Source of the DNA: Bacillales bacterium UBA3207
GTDB lineage: Bacteria > Bacillota_I > Bacilli_A > RFN20 > CAG-826
Assembly: GCA_002363735.1 (NCBI GenBank)
Contig: DEWP01000017.1
Coordinates: 1-61,392, forward strand
Length of the DNA stretch: 61,392 nucleotides
Direction of reading: 5' to 3'
The notes under the pieces are model-generated. The model had not been told where the DNA came from, searched no databases, and worked only from the letters and a program-made list of their open reading frames with translations. The translations under genes and the position numbers were made by a program. This document shows positions 50,772 to 61,095 of this stretch, one piece after another (the first letter of the stretch is position 1; each line of letters starts with the position of its first letter).

Positions 50772-51971
50772 TTATTTCTCCTTCTTAATCACTTTGGTTG
50801 TAATACAACCATCTTTTAATTGTGTTTTTAATTCCTGATCAATATTAATCTGGGAAACACTTGTAATCACTTCACCATCACTTGTTTGCATCATCGCAAA
50901 CCCTCTTGATAGAACACTATCAATTGATAGTGATTGAAGTTGTTTTTCATACATTTTGAGACGATCTTTTCTAGATTGAATCAGATATGTCACTGCCTGA
51001 TCAAGTCTCTTCTTCATATTCTCCACTTCCACTAAAGTGGTTTTATACATCGACTGTGGATTGATAAAGAATGGGCGGTTGATTAGTGAGTCAAGTTTAT
51101 GACGAAGCAAAGTAATTTTATTTTTCATCGCCTCGTCAAGACGAGAAGCAGTTGCATCGACTCTTTGCATCACTTCATGCATATCAATCGTTGAAAGAAC
51201 AGCAGCTCCAGTTGGTGTAGATGCTCTAGCATCTGCAACATAATCAATTAACGTAAAGTCAATTTCATGACCGACAGCAGCAATAACTGGAACCGGGAAT
51301 TTTGCTACTGCGCGAACAAGTGATTCATCATTAAATGCACTCAAATCTTCACTTGCACCTCCACCTCGACCAATGATCAAGGTGTCAATATCTGTGTTTT
51401 CGGCATCTTTTAGGGCTTTTAAGAGCGATTTTGGCGCTTCATTACCTTGAACCAAGGAAGGAAATATTTTGAGCTCTACGAAGGGATTTCTTAAGCGAAT
51501 ATTTTTCTCAATATCACTTAGTGCCGCACTATTTGGAGCACAGATTACTCCAATTGCACGTGGATATAACTTGATTTCACGTTTACGTGATTGGTTAAAT
51601 AATCCTTCGGCTGCCAACTTCTTTTTTAGCATTTCAAGCTCAAGAAGTTGTTGTCCTAGCCCAGCAAGTTCAATTGCTTGGCAATAGAATTGGTATTCAC
51701 CACGCGCTGGATAAGTCGAGACAAATCCTACGGCAACGATTTCATCACCATCTTTAATTGGCCCTTTAATATACTTTGTATATTCGCTAAACATCACCGC
51801 TTTAATTGATGAGTTTTCATCCTTTAAAGTGAAATAGATGTGACCATTGGAATATGGTTTGAAATTAGATATTTCACCTTTCAGTTTTAATCCCTTTAAG
51901 GAAATATCTGAATCAAACTTTTGTTTGATATAACGATTAAGACTAGTGACAGAATATAGTGTTAAATTCAC
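50772..51971 (-). CDS. xseA: Exodeoxyribonuclease VII large subunit
   Basis: GEISN, GHIYFTLKD, GRGGGASEDL.AFN, AVGHEIDFT. Confidence 0.97.
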   Translation of the reverse strand: MNLTLYSVTSLNRYIKQKFDSDISLKGLKLKGEISNFKPYSNGHIYFTLKDENSSIKAVMFSEYTKYIKGPIKDGDEIVAVGFVSTYPARGEYQFYCQAIELAGLGQQLLELEMLKKKLAAEGLFNQSRKREIKLYPRAIGVICAPNSAALSDIEKNIRLRNPFVELKIFPSLVQGNEAPKSLLKALKDAENTDIDTLIIGRGGGASEDLSAFNDESLVRAVAKFPVPVIAAVGHEIDFTLIDYVADARASTPTGAAVLSTIDMHEVMQRVDATASRLDEAMKNKITLLRHKLDSLINRPFFINPQSMYKTTLVEVENMKKRLDQAVTYLIQSRKDRLKMYEKQLQSLSIDSVLSRGFAMMQTSDGEVITSVSQINIDQELKTQLKDGCITTKVIKKEK

Positions 51972-52375
51972 AATACATTATCCAATATAGCGTTAACAAA
52001 CTTGTAGTCAGTATCGTCAAGGAATTTTTTGCTTAAACGAACTGCTACATCAATGATGACTCGTTTTGAATCAGGACCTTCAATTTGGAAATGAGTATAG
52101 CTCATTAACAAAATCGCTTGTTCAAGTCGATTTAAACGGGAAAATTTCCATTTTGGCATATTCTTTTGGAACACACTAACGATTTCATCTAAATGAGATA
52201 ATGACTTCACAACAACTTGTTTGGAAAATAGAGGAATTTCATCAAAAGGCATTTGGAAAATATTTTCCATTGTTTCTTCAATTGAAAATTCATCTCCAAG
52301 GGAAATGTGAGTCAATGCATCATAGATGCAAATCATGATTAATTCGTGTTCTTGATTGCGGCCAATGGAACCCAT
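51968..52375 (-). CDS. nusB: Transcription antitermination factor NusB
   Basis: W...RLNRLEQAIL, VIIDVAVRLSKKF, FVNAILD; upstream of xseA. Confidence 0.88.
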   Translation of the reverse strand: MGSIGRNQEHELIMICIYDALTHISLGDEFSIEETMENIFQMPFDEIPLFSKQVVVKSLSHLDEIVSVFQKNMPKWKFSRLNRLEQAILLMSYTHFQIEGPDSKRVIIDVAVRLSKKFLDDTDYKFVNAILDNVL

Positions 52376-54337
52376 TTATTCAGCTAACCCTTCTTGAACA
52401 AATTTCACAACGTTTTCTGCTGTAAATCCGAAAGCTTTAATAGCTTCTTTTGCTGGAGCACTAGTACCAAATGTATCAATGCCCATGACATGATCAGCAT
52501 ATTTATGCCAGCCAAAGGTAGAAAGCATTTCTACAGCGAAAACTTTGTTTTTATCAACACCAAAAACTGATTTTTGGTATTCTTTTGGTTGTTTATCAAA
52601 GTCAAACCATGATGGCATTGAAACAACTCGGACATCAACACCGACTTCTTTTAAAAGTTTCTTGGCTTCAACTGCTAATGAAACTTCACTACCAGTTGCA
52701 ACAATTGTTGCATCAATGTGTTTATCTTCTTTAGCAATAACATAAGCACCTTTAGAAACTTCACTATATTTGCTACCAAGAAGTGGCAATCCTTGACGAG
52801 AAAGAATTAATGCAGTTGGAGTCTCTTTTGAGCGAAGAGCAATTTCCCAAGCAGCATATGTTTCGACAACATCACATGGACGAATAACGTTCATATTTGG
52901 AATACTTCTTAGCATAGCTAAGTGTTCAATTGGCTGATGTGTAGGTCCATCTTCTCCAACAGCAAGAGAGTCGTGTGAGAAAAGATAGATTGCTGGAAGT
53001 TTTGATAAAGATGCCATACGAATGGCTGATTTCATATAATCAGAGAAAACAAGGAAACAACCAACATAGGTTTTTAATCCGCCATGAAGAAGCATACCAT
53101 TTTGAGCACTCGCCATTTCAAATTCACGAATACCCCAGTTCACGTTACGTCCCTTTGGAGTTTTTGGTGTAAAATCAACACCATCTTTAATATGAGTCAT
53201 GACTGAACCAGCAACGTCAGCTGATCCTCCCATTAAAAATGGGATCTTTTGATATAACTCATTTAAAGCTTTTCCAGAACTAACACGTGTTGAATCATTA
53301 TTTTCGCTAAATTTTGGAGCTTTTTTGAAGTAAGATGAAACATCTCCAGCAAGAGCTTTTTCAAATTTCTTTGCCGCACCTGGATGAGCTTCTTTCCATG
53401 CTTTAACTTTTTCATCATATGCACGGTGAGCTTCACTACCACGTTTACCGAGTGACTTATTAAAGTCATCATAAACCTCTTGAGGAATCGTAAATGCTGG
53501 ATAATTAAATCCATAGAAAGCTTTTGCTTTCGCACCATCTTCTTCACCAAGTGGGTTACCATGAACTTTGCATGTACCTTGTTTTTCACTACCATAACCA
53601 ATGACAGTGTGAACAATAATTAAAGTTGGTTTATTACGCGATTTCTTTGCTTTGCAAAGAGCTTCATCGATGGTATCGATATCGTTACCATCTTTAACTT
53701 CTAAAACGTTCCATTCAGAAGCTTTAAAACGAGCTTTAACATTTTCCGAGAAAGATAAATCAAGACCACCGTCTAAAGTAACAGCGTTACTATCGTAAAT
53801 TAAAATTAGTTTATTTAATTTTTGGTGACCAGCTAAAGAAATTGCTTCTTGGGAAAGACCTTCTTGTAAACATCCATCACCACAAAGAACATATGTGTAA
53901 TGGTCACAAAGGACTTTTCCTTGTGGATATTGATGAGCAACGGCTCGTTCAGCCATCGCCATACCAACAGCTTGAGCAATACCTTGGCCTAAAGGTCCGC
54001 TTGTCGCGTCAACACCGCAAGTATGTTTATATTCTGGGTGTCCTGGGGTTAAGCTACCAAGTTGTCTAAATGATTTTAAATCATCCATGGATACTTTGTA
54101 TCCAGAAACATGTAACATTGTGTAAAGAAGGGAACTAGCGTGACCAGCACTTAAGACAAAACGGTCACGGTTAAACCAATTTGGATCTTTTGGGTCAGCG
54201 ACTAAATGACGTGTCCAAAGTGTGTAAAGAATTGGCGCACTACCAAGTGCCATTCCTGGGTGTCCAGATTTGGCTTTGTTCACTACATCGATACACATGG
54301 ATCTGATAGCAGCTACTGAGAGTTCTTTTTGATTCAT
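52376..54337 (-). CDS. tkt: Transketolase
   Basis: SGHPG, RDRFVLSAGH, TSGPLGQG, GDGCLQEG, GIREF, EDGPTHQP. Confidence 0.98.
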   Translation of the reverse strand: MNQKELSVAAIRSMCIDVVNKAKSGHPGMALGSAPILYTLWTRHLVADPKDPNWFNRDRFVLSAGHASSLLYTMLHVSGYKVSMDDLKSFRQLGSLTPGHPEYKHTCGVDATSGPLGQGIAQAVGMAMAERAVAHQYPQGKVLCDHYTYVLCGDGCLQEGLSQEAISLAGHQKLNKLILIYDSNAVTLDGGLDLSFSENVKARFKASEWNVLEVKDGNDIDTIDEALCKAKKSRNKPTLIIVHTVIGYGSEKQGTCKVHGNPLGEEDGAKAKAFYGFNYPAFTIPQEVYDDFNKSLGKRGSEAHRAYDEKVKAWKEAHPGAAKKFEKALAGDVSSYFKKAPKFSENNDSTRVSSGKALNELYQKIPFLMGGSADVAGSVMTHIKDGVDFTPKTPKGRNVNWGIREFEMASAQNGMLLHGGLKTYVGCFLVFSDYMKSAIRMASLSKLPAIYLFSHDSLAVGEDGPTHQPIEHLAMLRSIPNMNVIRPCDVVETYAAWEIALRSKETPTALILSRQGLPLLGSKYSEVSKGAYVIAKEDKHIDATIVATGSEVSLAVEAKKLLKEVGVDVRVVSMPSWFDFDKQPKEYQKSVFGVDKNKVFAVEMLSTFGWHKYADHVMGIDTFGTSAPAKEAIKAFGFTAENVVKFVQEGLAE

Positions 54338-54364
54338 CTTTTTACTCCTTAATTAATTTATTAA

Positions 54365-56092
54365 TTATTCATCGGCGATTTTAATTCCGACATCTTTTAA
54401 TTGAGCTTCATCAACAGGCTCTGGTGCATTGCTCATTGGGCATGTTGCTTTAAGATTTTTTGGGAAGGCGATGACATCGCGGATGTTATCTGTTCCACAA
54501 ATTATCATTGATAAGCGTTCAAGACCAAAGGCAATTCCACCATGTGGAGGAGTTCCGTATTCGAACGCCTTCACAAAATAACCGAATTTTCTTGTAATGT
54601 CTTCGTTTGTAAAGCCAAGAATATTGAAAATCTTCTTTTGCATATCTTGGTCATAAATACGAAGAGAACCACCACCAGCTTCATAACCATTTATGACAAT
54701 GTCATAAGCAGCAGATAAAACTTTGCTTGGATCACTGTCTAAATATTGGGCAGTTTCTGGAGTTGGACGAGTAAATGGGTGATGTAATGGTTTATACGAA
54801 CCATCATGGATATCTTTTTCAAATAATGGGAAATCCACCACCCAAAGTAAGTCATATGTATTTGGTTTAACATAACCAAGTTCATGAGCATATTGACTAC
54901 GTAATGCGCCAAGAGCAAAACAAACTGGATCATGAGCACCAGCAAGAACAAGAATTAAATCTCCATCCTTTGCATCCACTACTTGAATTAATTCCTTCAT
55001 TTGAGATTCGTTCATGAATTTCGATAATGAAGATTCAAGTAATCCGTTGTTTACTTTGTAAACACCAATACCACCAAAACCAAATTTCTTTGCTTCTAAA
55101 TTTAATCCATCAATGACTTTACGGCTTGTTTTTTCGGCCATTCCTGGAATAACTAAAGCTTTGATTGTTTCAGCAGTTTTATATCCGCTAAATTCAGTTT
55201 TATTAAGCACTGAAGTGACTTCTTTTAAATGTAATTCGAAACGAGTGTCAGGTTTATCGCTACCATAAACATCAACTGCTTCTTTATATGGAAGTCTTCG
55301 AAGTGGTAATTTAACATCGTAATTAACTGTTTCTTTAAAAACTTTCTTTAAGAAGCCTTCCATTAAAGTCAAGATTTCGTCTTGATCAAGGAAAGACATT
55401 TCTAAGTCGATTTGGGTAAATTCAGGTTGACGATCTTGACGTAAATCTTCATCTCTAAAACAACGAGCAATTTGATAATAACGTTCAAAACCACCAATCA
55501 TTAACAATTGTTTAAACAATTGAGGTGATTGTGGAAGTGCATAGAAGCAACCATGAGAAACTCGAGATGGGACGATATAGTCGCGTGCACCTTCAGGTGT
55601 TGAAAGAGTCAAACATGGAGTTTCAACTTCGATAAAGCCATTTTCATCAAAATATTGGTGAGCAGCTCTAACGATTTGTGCTCTTTTTTCAAGATTGTGT
55701 CGCATCACTGGACGACGTAAATCTAAATAACGATATTTTAAACGGACGTCTTCAAGAGCGTCTGTTTTATCCGCAATAATCATTGGAGTTGGATTAGCTT
55801 TGCTAAAAACTTCAATTTTCTTTGCTAAAATTTCAATATCGCCAGTTTTTAATTGTTGATTTGGGACGTCTTTAGCATGGACAGTTCCTTCAACGCGAAT
55901 GACATATTCATTACGAACATCAGGTACATTGACACCTTCTTGAACTGTCACTTGGATGATTCCGCTACGGTCTCTTAGATCAATAAATTGTAATGATCCG
56001 AGGTTTCTTTTCTTTGAAACCCATCCAACTAAACTAACTTCACGACCAACATCTTTTTTCGAAAGATCTGTGTTATAACAAGTTCTATTCAT
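54365..56092 (-). CDS. aspS: Aspartate-tRNA ligase
   Basis: FIDLRD, LKYRYLDLRR, PQSPQLFKQ, FRDEDLR.DRQPEFTQ, PPHGGIAFG; LGS loop of the discriminating type. Confidence 0.98.
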   Translation of the reverse strand: MNRTCYNTDLSKKDVGREVSLVGWVSKKRNLGSLQFIDLRDRSGIIQVTVQEGVNVPDVRNEYVIRVEGTVHAKDVPNQQLKTGDIEILAKKIEVFSKANPTPMIIADKTDALEDVRLKYRYLDLRRPVMRHNLEKRAQIVRAAHQYFDENGFIEVETPCLTLSTPEGARDYIVPSRVSHGCFYALPQSPQLFKQLLMIGGFERYYQIARCFRDEDLRQDRQPEFTQIDLEMSFLDQDEILTLMEGFLKKVFKETVNYDVKLPLRRLPYKEAVDVYGSDKPDTRFELHLKEVTSVLNKTEFSGYKTAETIKALVIPGMAEKTSRKVIDGLNLEAKKFGFGGIGVYKVNNGLLESSLSKFMNESQMKELIQVVDAKDGDLILVLAGAHDPVCFALGALRSQYAHELGYVKPNTYDLLWVVDFPLFEKDIHDGSYKPLHHPFTRPTPETAQYLDSDPSKVLSAAYDIVINGYEAGGGSLRIYDQDMQKKIFNILGFTNEDITRKFGYFVKAFEYGTPPHGGIAFGLERLSMIICGTDNIRDVIAFPKNLKATCPMSNAPEPVDEAQLKDVGIKIADE

Positions 56093-57404
56093 TGCCGTGC
56101 TCCTCAAAATATTTCATTTCCATCGAATCATAATATTCTTGTAGCATGGTGCGTAAAGAATTGACAATATCTTCCCCGCGAACCTTTGTTTGAATTTGAT
56201 TCGATAAATTCTTTACAGTAAATTCACCTTTTTTAAATTCATCTTCGCCAATAATTATGGCAAATTTTGCTTTCTTACGATTGGCTGTTTTAAATTGAGA
56301 TTTAAATGATTTAGGTTCATACGACATATCAACCATCATCCCATTAAAACGAAGTTGGTTAACTAACACCGCACAATCACCAATGTATTTTGGTTCCATT
56401 GGCATCACATAAAAATCAAGACCAAAGGAGTCTGGTAAATCACCATTTAAATGATGGAAAACGTGGAATAATCTTTCTAAACCTAAAGACATTCCAACAC
56501 CTTCATAATCAGGACCACCAACATCTTTTAAAAGATGTGCATAGTGGCCTCCACCACCAAGAGCACCAACATCAGCTAAGCCTTCCATTGGTTCAGCATG
56601 GTATTCAAAAACGATTCCAGTGTAATAATCTAATCCACGAACTAAATTATCATCAATTTCAGCTTGGATGTTATAAGATTCAAGAACAGCTAAGACTTGA
56701 TCAAGATAATGTTTGGCGCTATCAGTTAGATAATCTCTTAATTTTGGTGCGCCTTTAACAATTTCAGCATCTTCTGGAACTTTGCAATCAAGAATACGAA
56801 GTGGATTAATTTCGTATCGTCTTTTGCAGTCTTCACACATTTGACCTATGTATTTAGCAAAATATTCTTTTAAAGCAGTTCGATAATTATTTCGACTTTC
56901 TTCATCACCTAAAGAATTAATTTTTACTTTGACTGGAACGCGGAGAGCAGAAAAGCAATGATAACCAAGGTTAATCACTTCGGCATCTAAATGAGCACTA
57001 GGTGCACCAACGCATTCAACACCAAATTGGTGAAATTGACGATAACGTCCAGCTTGTGGTCTTTCATAACGGAAACATGGACCAAGATAAAAATACTTTA
57101 ATGGAAGATCAGCTTCTGCATAAAGTTTATTTGAAACAATGCTTCGCATCACTCCAGCAGTCATTTCTGGACGCATTGTCACACTTCGTCCACCCTTATC
57201 ATCAAAGGTATACATTTCTTTATGAACGATGTCGCTTGATTCTCCAACAGAACGTAAAAATAATGGGGTGTGTTCTAAAATTGGAGTACGAATTTCTTGA
57301 TAACCAAAAAGAGCTGCGACTGTTTTGCAGCGTTCTTCAATTTCTGTATATAAGAGCGCTTCATCGCCGATAATATCATGTGTTCCTTTTACTGGGTTTT
57401 CCAT
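56085..57404 (-). CDS. hisS: Histidine-tRNA ligase
   Basis: KEMYTF, RPEMTA, FRYERPQAGRYRQFHQ, LVRGLDYYTG. Confidence 0.98.
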   Translation of the reverse strand: MENPVKGTHDIIGDEALLYTEIEERCKTVAALFGYQEIRTPILEHTPLFLRSVGESSDIVHKEMYTFDDKGGRSVTMRPEMTAGVMRSIVSNKLYAEADLPLKYFYLGPCFRYERPQAGRYRQFHQFGVECVGAPSAHLDAEVINLGYHCFSALRVPVKVKINSLGDEESRNNYRTALKEYFAKYIGQMCEDCKRRYEINPLRILDCKVPEDAEIVKGAPKLRDYLTDSAKHYLDQVLAVLESYNIQAEIDDNLVRGLDYYTGIVFEYHAEPMEGLADVGALGGGGHYAHLLKDVGGPDYEGVGMSLGLERLFHVFHHLNGDLPDSFGLDFYVMPMEPKYIGDCAVLVNQLRFNGMMVDMSYEPKSFKSQFKTANRKKAKFAIIIGEDEFKKGEFTVKNLSNQIQTKVRGEDIVNSLRTMLQEYYDSMEMKYFEEHGNE

Positions 57405-57495
57405 AATAAAAACTCCTTTATTAATCGCTGATATTATAGATAATTAAATCTATAAATGCAATTATTATAATCGGAGTAGTAAAATATGAAGAAAA

Positions 57496-59694
57496 CTAGT
57501 GGAAAACACGGGTCACTTCATAAACATTTTTAACGTTTAGTAAAACGTTCATCACATCACGAAGTGCAGTAGCATTTTTCACATAAATTGTACAAGCAAT
57601 CGAGGTTGTCATGCTGGAAGAATGTAAAACAGAATTTAAGGCTGTAACTGAAACCTTATTTGCAGAGAAAACTTGCATCACATCGATGACTAAATTTGGA
57701 CGATCATAACACTCAATTTTTAAGTCCACTGGATAAGTTCCTTCTTCAAGGTCATCTTTCCAAAAAACATCGATTAATCGCTTCTTTTCATTAATAATGT
57801 TTGGACAATTTTTAACGTGAACAGTGATACCTTTTCCTTTAGTGATATAACCCACAATTTCATCACCTGGAATTGGGGTACAACAGCTGCCTAAAGTAAT
57901 GGCAATTTTACCAGCATTTGGCACATAAACTGGACAGTGATCATTGTCATTTTTTCGAACTCGATCAACCTTAATTTCTTCTTTTGGTCGAATATTTAAA
58001 AAGTCAATGATTGCCGCTGGAATTGGGTTCTTGTTTGAGACTGCTAAATAAAGCTCATCAAGGTCTTTGACGTTGAATTGTTTAAAGACTTTTTCTTGGT
58101 CAACTTGACGCTCCATATCGGATTCTCCGATACCAATTGTCTTAAAGGCGTCAATTAATGCTTCTTTACCTTTAGAAATCTTTTCATCTTTCATAAATTC
58201 AGAGTTCTTTTTGACAAGGAATTTACGGATGTGAGATTTAGCAAAGTTTGATGTTGCAATATTTAGCCAACCTTCATTAGGCCCGGTTGCATTATTAGAA
58301 GTTTTAATTTCGACAACATCACCAGTTTTTAATTTGGTGTTTAAAGGGACCATTGAGTTATTAACTTTTGCACCAACAGCTTTTTCAGCAACTTTTGTAT
58401 GGATTTTGTAGGCAAAATCAATTGGGGTTGCACCTTGCGGTAAGTCGATGACTTTACCCTGTGGGGTAAAAACATAAACATTAGCGTTAAAAATGTCATT
58501 CGAAAGAGTTGACATGTATTCTTTCGCATTTAAATCTTCTTCGCTGATTGTGACAAAGTCTCTTAACCAATGGAGACGTTCTTCGATTTCTTTTTGTTCG
58601 CGAGAAGCGTTATAGTTGGTGCCTTCTTTATATCGCCAGTGTGCGGCAACACCACTTTCAGCAACTTCGTCCATTTCTTTCGTTCGAATTTGAACTTCAA
58701 AAATGTTTCCATCACCAGAAAGAATACATGTATGAAGGGATTGATACATGTTTGGTTTTGGCATCGCGATATAATCTTTGAATCGACCAGGAATTGGTTT
58801 ATAAGTCGCGTGAATAATACCTAAAATTTCGTAACAGTTAATTTCTGTTTCAGTAATGATTCTCATCGCAAGAATATCAAAAATATCTTCGAATCGATGG
58901 TTCTTTTGATAAATTTTACGATAAATAGAATAGATTGATTTAACACGTGATTCCATTTGGAAAGGAATCTTCTTTTCGAATAGATCATCAGCGACTTTTT
59001 TAGAAAAAGTTTCTAAAGACTTCATCGCATTTTTTACTTTTGAATTAACAAGTTGAGAAATCTCTTCGTATTTTTCTGGTTCTAAATATTTTAAAGATAA
59101 ATCTTCGAGTTCAGACTTAACTTGGTTCATACCTAAACGGTGTGCGATTGGCGCAAACACTTCAAGTGTTTCTCGAGCAAGAACCTTTTGCCTTTCGACT
59201 GAAAGAGAACCCAAGGTTCTCATATTATGAAGTCGATCAGCAAGTTTAATGAGAATAACTCGAACATCCCGAGCCATACCGAGGAAGATTTTTCGATGAT
59301 CTTCCGCGACAAATTCATCTTCAGTTCGATGTGATAATTTCAAACGTTGAATCTTGGTTAAACAATCAACTAGATAAGCAATGTCGTCACCAAATTCTTT
59401 TTTAATATCTTCAACACTTGTGTCAGTGTCTTCGACAACATCATGAAGTAGACCAGCACAAAGAGTTGCTGGACCAGCTTGCAGCTCAGCTAAGATATAA
59501 CAAACTTCAATCAGGTGATGAATATAAGGTTCACCAGATTTACGGAATTGTTTAGCGTGCTTCTTTTCAGCGTATTTATACGCTTTTTCAATCAATAAAC
59601 GTGATTTTTCATCACGAATGTAAACATAAAAAAGATCTTTGAGTTCGTCAAAGCTATGTAATTTGAAGTCGTTTTTAATGTTTACAGTTGCCAT
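57496..59694 (-). CDS. rel: Long RSH bifunctional (p)ppGpp synthetase/hydrolase
   Basis: RKSGEPY, HDVVED, KLADRLHNMRT, YQSLHT, EVQIRT, TGS, CC..H..C and ACT domains; ATG start at 59694. Confidence 0.97.
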   Translation of the reverse strand: MATVNIKNDFKLHSFDELKDLFYVYIRDEKSRLLIEKAYKYAEKKHAKQFRKSGEPYIHHLIEVCYILAELQAGPATLCAGLLHDVVEDTDTSVEDIKKEFGDDIAYLVDCLTKIQRLKLSHRTEDEFVAEDHRKIFLGMARDVRVILIKLADRLHNMRTLGSLSVERQKVLARETLEVFAPIAHRLGMNQVKSELEDLSLKYLEPEKYEEISQLVNSKVKNAMKSLETFSKKVADDLFEKKIPFQMESRVKSIYSIYRKIYQKNHRFEDIFDILAMRIITETEINCYEILGIIHATYKPIPGRFKDYIAMPKPNMYQSLHTCILSGDGNIFEVQIRTKEMDEVAESGVAAHWRYKEGTNYNASREQKEIEERLHWLRDFVTISEEDLNAKEYMSTLSNDIFNANVYVFTPQGKVIDLPQGATPIDFAYKIHTKVAEKAVGAKVNNSMVPLNTKLKTGDVVEIKTSNNATGPNEGWLNIATSNFAKSHIRKFLVKKNSEFMKDEKISKGKEALIDAFKTIGIGESDMERQVDQEKVFKQFNVKDLDELYLAVSNKNPIPAAIIDFLNIRPKEEIKVDRVRKNDNDHCPVYVPNAGKIAITLGSCCTPIPGDEIVGYITKGKGITVHVKNCPNIINEKKRLIDVFWKDDLEEGTYPVDLKIECYDRPNLVIDVMQVFSANKVSVTALNSVLHSSSMTTSIACTIYVKNATALRDVMNVLLNVKNVYEVTRVFH

Positions 59695-59749
59695 CTTGCT
59701 AAATATTATACCAATCTTCTTTAAAAAGAAAAGAACACCAATATTAGAC

Positions 59750-59778
59750 AAAATAAAAGAGACTGGTCGCCCAGTCTC
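59750..59778 (-). terminator. Intrinsic terminator after the lipoprotein gene
   Basis: GAGACTGG-loop-CCAGTCTC, with a T tract on the minus strand. Confidence 0.8.
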
Positions 59779-59797
59779 AATTATCGATGATTATTTT

Positions 59798-60985
59798 TTA
59801 GCTAATAACGATACTAGTTACGTACGTTGCGCCATTACCAGCAGCAATTGAGAAATAGCCATTGCCAGCTGGAATAGTGTAAGTTGTGACATAACTATAC
59901 ACATCGTAAGTTTGATTTTTTTGACCTGTTGCAGTACCAGTTAATGTTGTGCCCTCGTTACATGCAATAGTAGTTGAAAGTGCATCGGCACTTGTACCAA
60001 CTTTAACAAGTGGGTGATATTGTGATTCCTCACTCGCATATGTTGCTAACCAATTGACAGTAATTGTTGTTGCTGTAACAGCTTGTTTAACGGTAAAGCA
60101 ACCAGCATCACGACTACCACCTTGTTTACTAAGTTGGATTGCACCTTGTTCATTTAGATAGTTTCCGCCACTAGTTTCGGCAGTTTTAATGCCAACACCA
60201 GCGCTGGCATCGAATGCTACTCCATCAGTAGTAAAACTAAATGCTGCTGTTGGATATGTTTTTCCAGATTCAATAAAAGAAGAGATATCGTCTTTTGTAA
60301 TGGTGATTTGACCTTCAACAGGGGTAACTTGGCCTCCGCCTTCTCCACCTTCACCGCCTTCACCGCCTTCTCCACCTTCTTCATATTGTCCATATTGATA
60401 AACAATATAGAAAGTTGATGTATCATCAGTGTAATTTCCTGAATAGATTAAACAGTATGCTGATCCATCAGAAGAATCTTTAGCGTAATAGTCTCCTTCA
60501 GTTTCATCTTCGACAAATTCCCATGAACTATCAAGACTTGCTAAATAAGCATTGGCTTGAGTTTCCGTCATGTCGTTGCTATAGGCAACTCCGTCACTAA
60601 GTTCACTATTTTCGATGTCAAGACCGCCACTAACATATGGAGGAATCATTCCACCAAAATAGGTGTTGAAAACTGCTAATTCATCAGCAGACCAACCTTC
60701 TCCAACTGGAGTTTGACTTGTTGTTGGAGTGACAGACGTTGGATTATTTGATGTTTGTGAAGGAGTCACATTTGAAGATGGGCCAGTTTGGCTAGTTACT
60801 GGAGTTGCACTGGTTGGGGAAGGAGTTGATGTTTGACTAACGCCTCCACCACCTTGGCTTGTTGAATCAACATTTGAAGTAACAACAACACTTGAAGTTT
60901 TCTTTCTTTTTGTTGTTTTTTTACCAAAAGTACAGCCACTTAATAAAAGAGCGACCACTGGTAACATGATGACTTTTTTGTTCAT
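59798..60985 (-). CDS. Modular surface lipoprotein, unknown function
   Basis: Lipobox LSGC, basic patch, S/T/P linker, acidic domain, (EGG)n linker, beta-rich C-terminal domain. Confidence 0.85.
   Translation of the reverse strand: MNKKVIMLPVVALLLSGCTFGKKTTKRKKTSSVVVTSNVDSTSQGGGGVSQTSTPSPTSATPVTSQTGPSSNVTPSQTSNNPTSVTPTTSQTPVGEGWSADELAVFNTYFGGMIPPYVSGGLDIENSELSDGVAYSNDMTETQANAYLASLDSSWEFVEDETEGDYYAKDSSDGSAYCLIYSGNYTDDTSTFYIVYQYGQYEEGGEGGEGGEGGEGGGQVTPVEGQITITKDDISSFIESGKTYPTAAFSFTTDGVAFDASAGVGIKTAETSGGNYLNEQGAIQLSKQGGSRDAGCFTVKQAVTATTITVNWLATYASEESQYHPLVKVGTSADALSTTIACNEGTTLTGTATGQKNQTYDVYSYVTTYTIPAGNGYFSIAAGNGATYVTSIVIS
60333..60382 (-). repeat. Imperfect 9-bp repeat encoding an (EGG)n linker
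   Basis: GAA GGT GGA GAA GGC GGT GAA GGC GGT GAA GGT GGA GAA GGC GGA. Confidence 0.8.
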
Positions 60986-61030
60986 ATTAAAACCTACTTT
61001 CAAATAAATATTTTACAATATTTCAAAGTA

Positions 61031-61060
61031 TAAAAAAAGAGAGGAACAAGTTCCTCTCTT
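61031..61060 (-). terminator. Intrinsic terminator after the partial paralog
   Basis: AAGAGAGGAA-loop-TTCCTCTCTT, with a T tract on the minus strand. Confidence 0.85.
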
Positions 61061-61095
61061 ATAAGTTGTAATAGAAATTAACTAATAAGTAAACA

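Noticed and set aside
54338-54364. 6S RNA downstream of aspS, as in B. subtilis
   Set aside because: Only 27 nt separate aspS and tkt.
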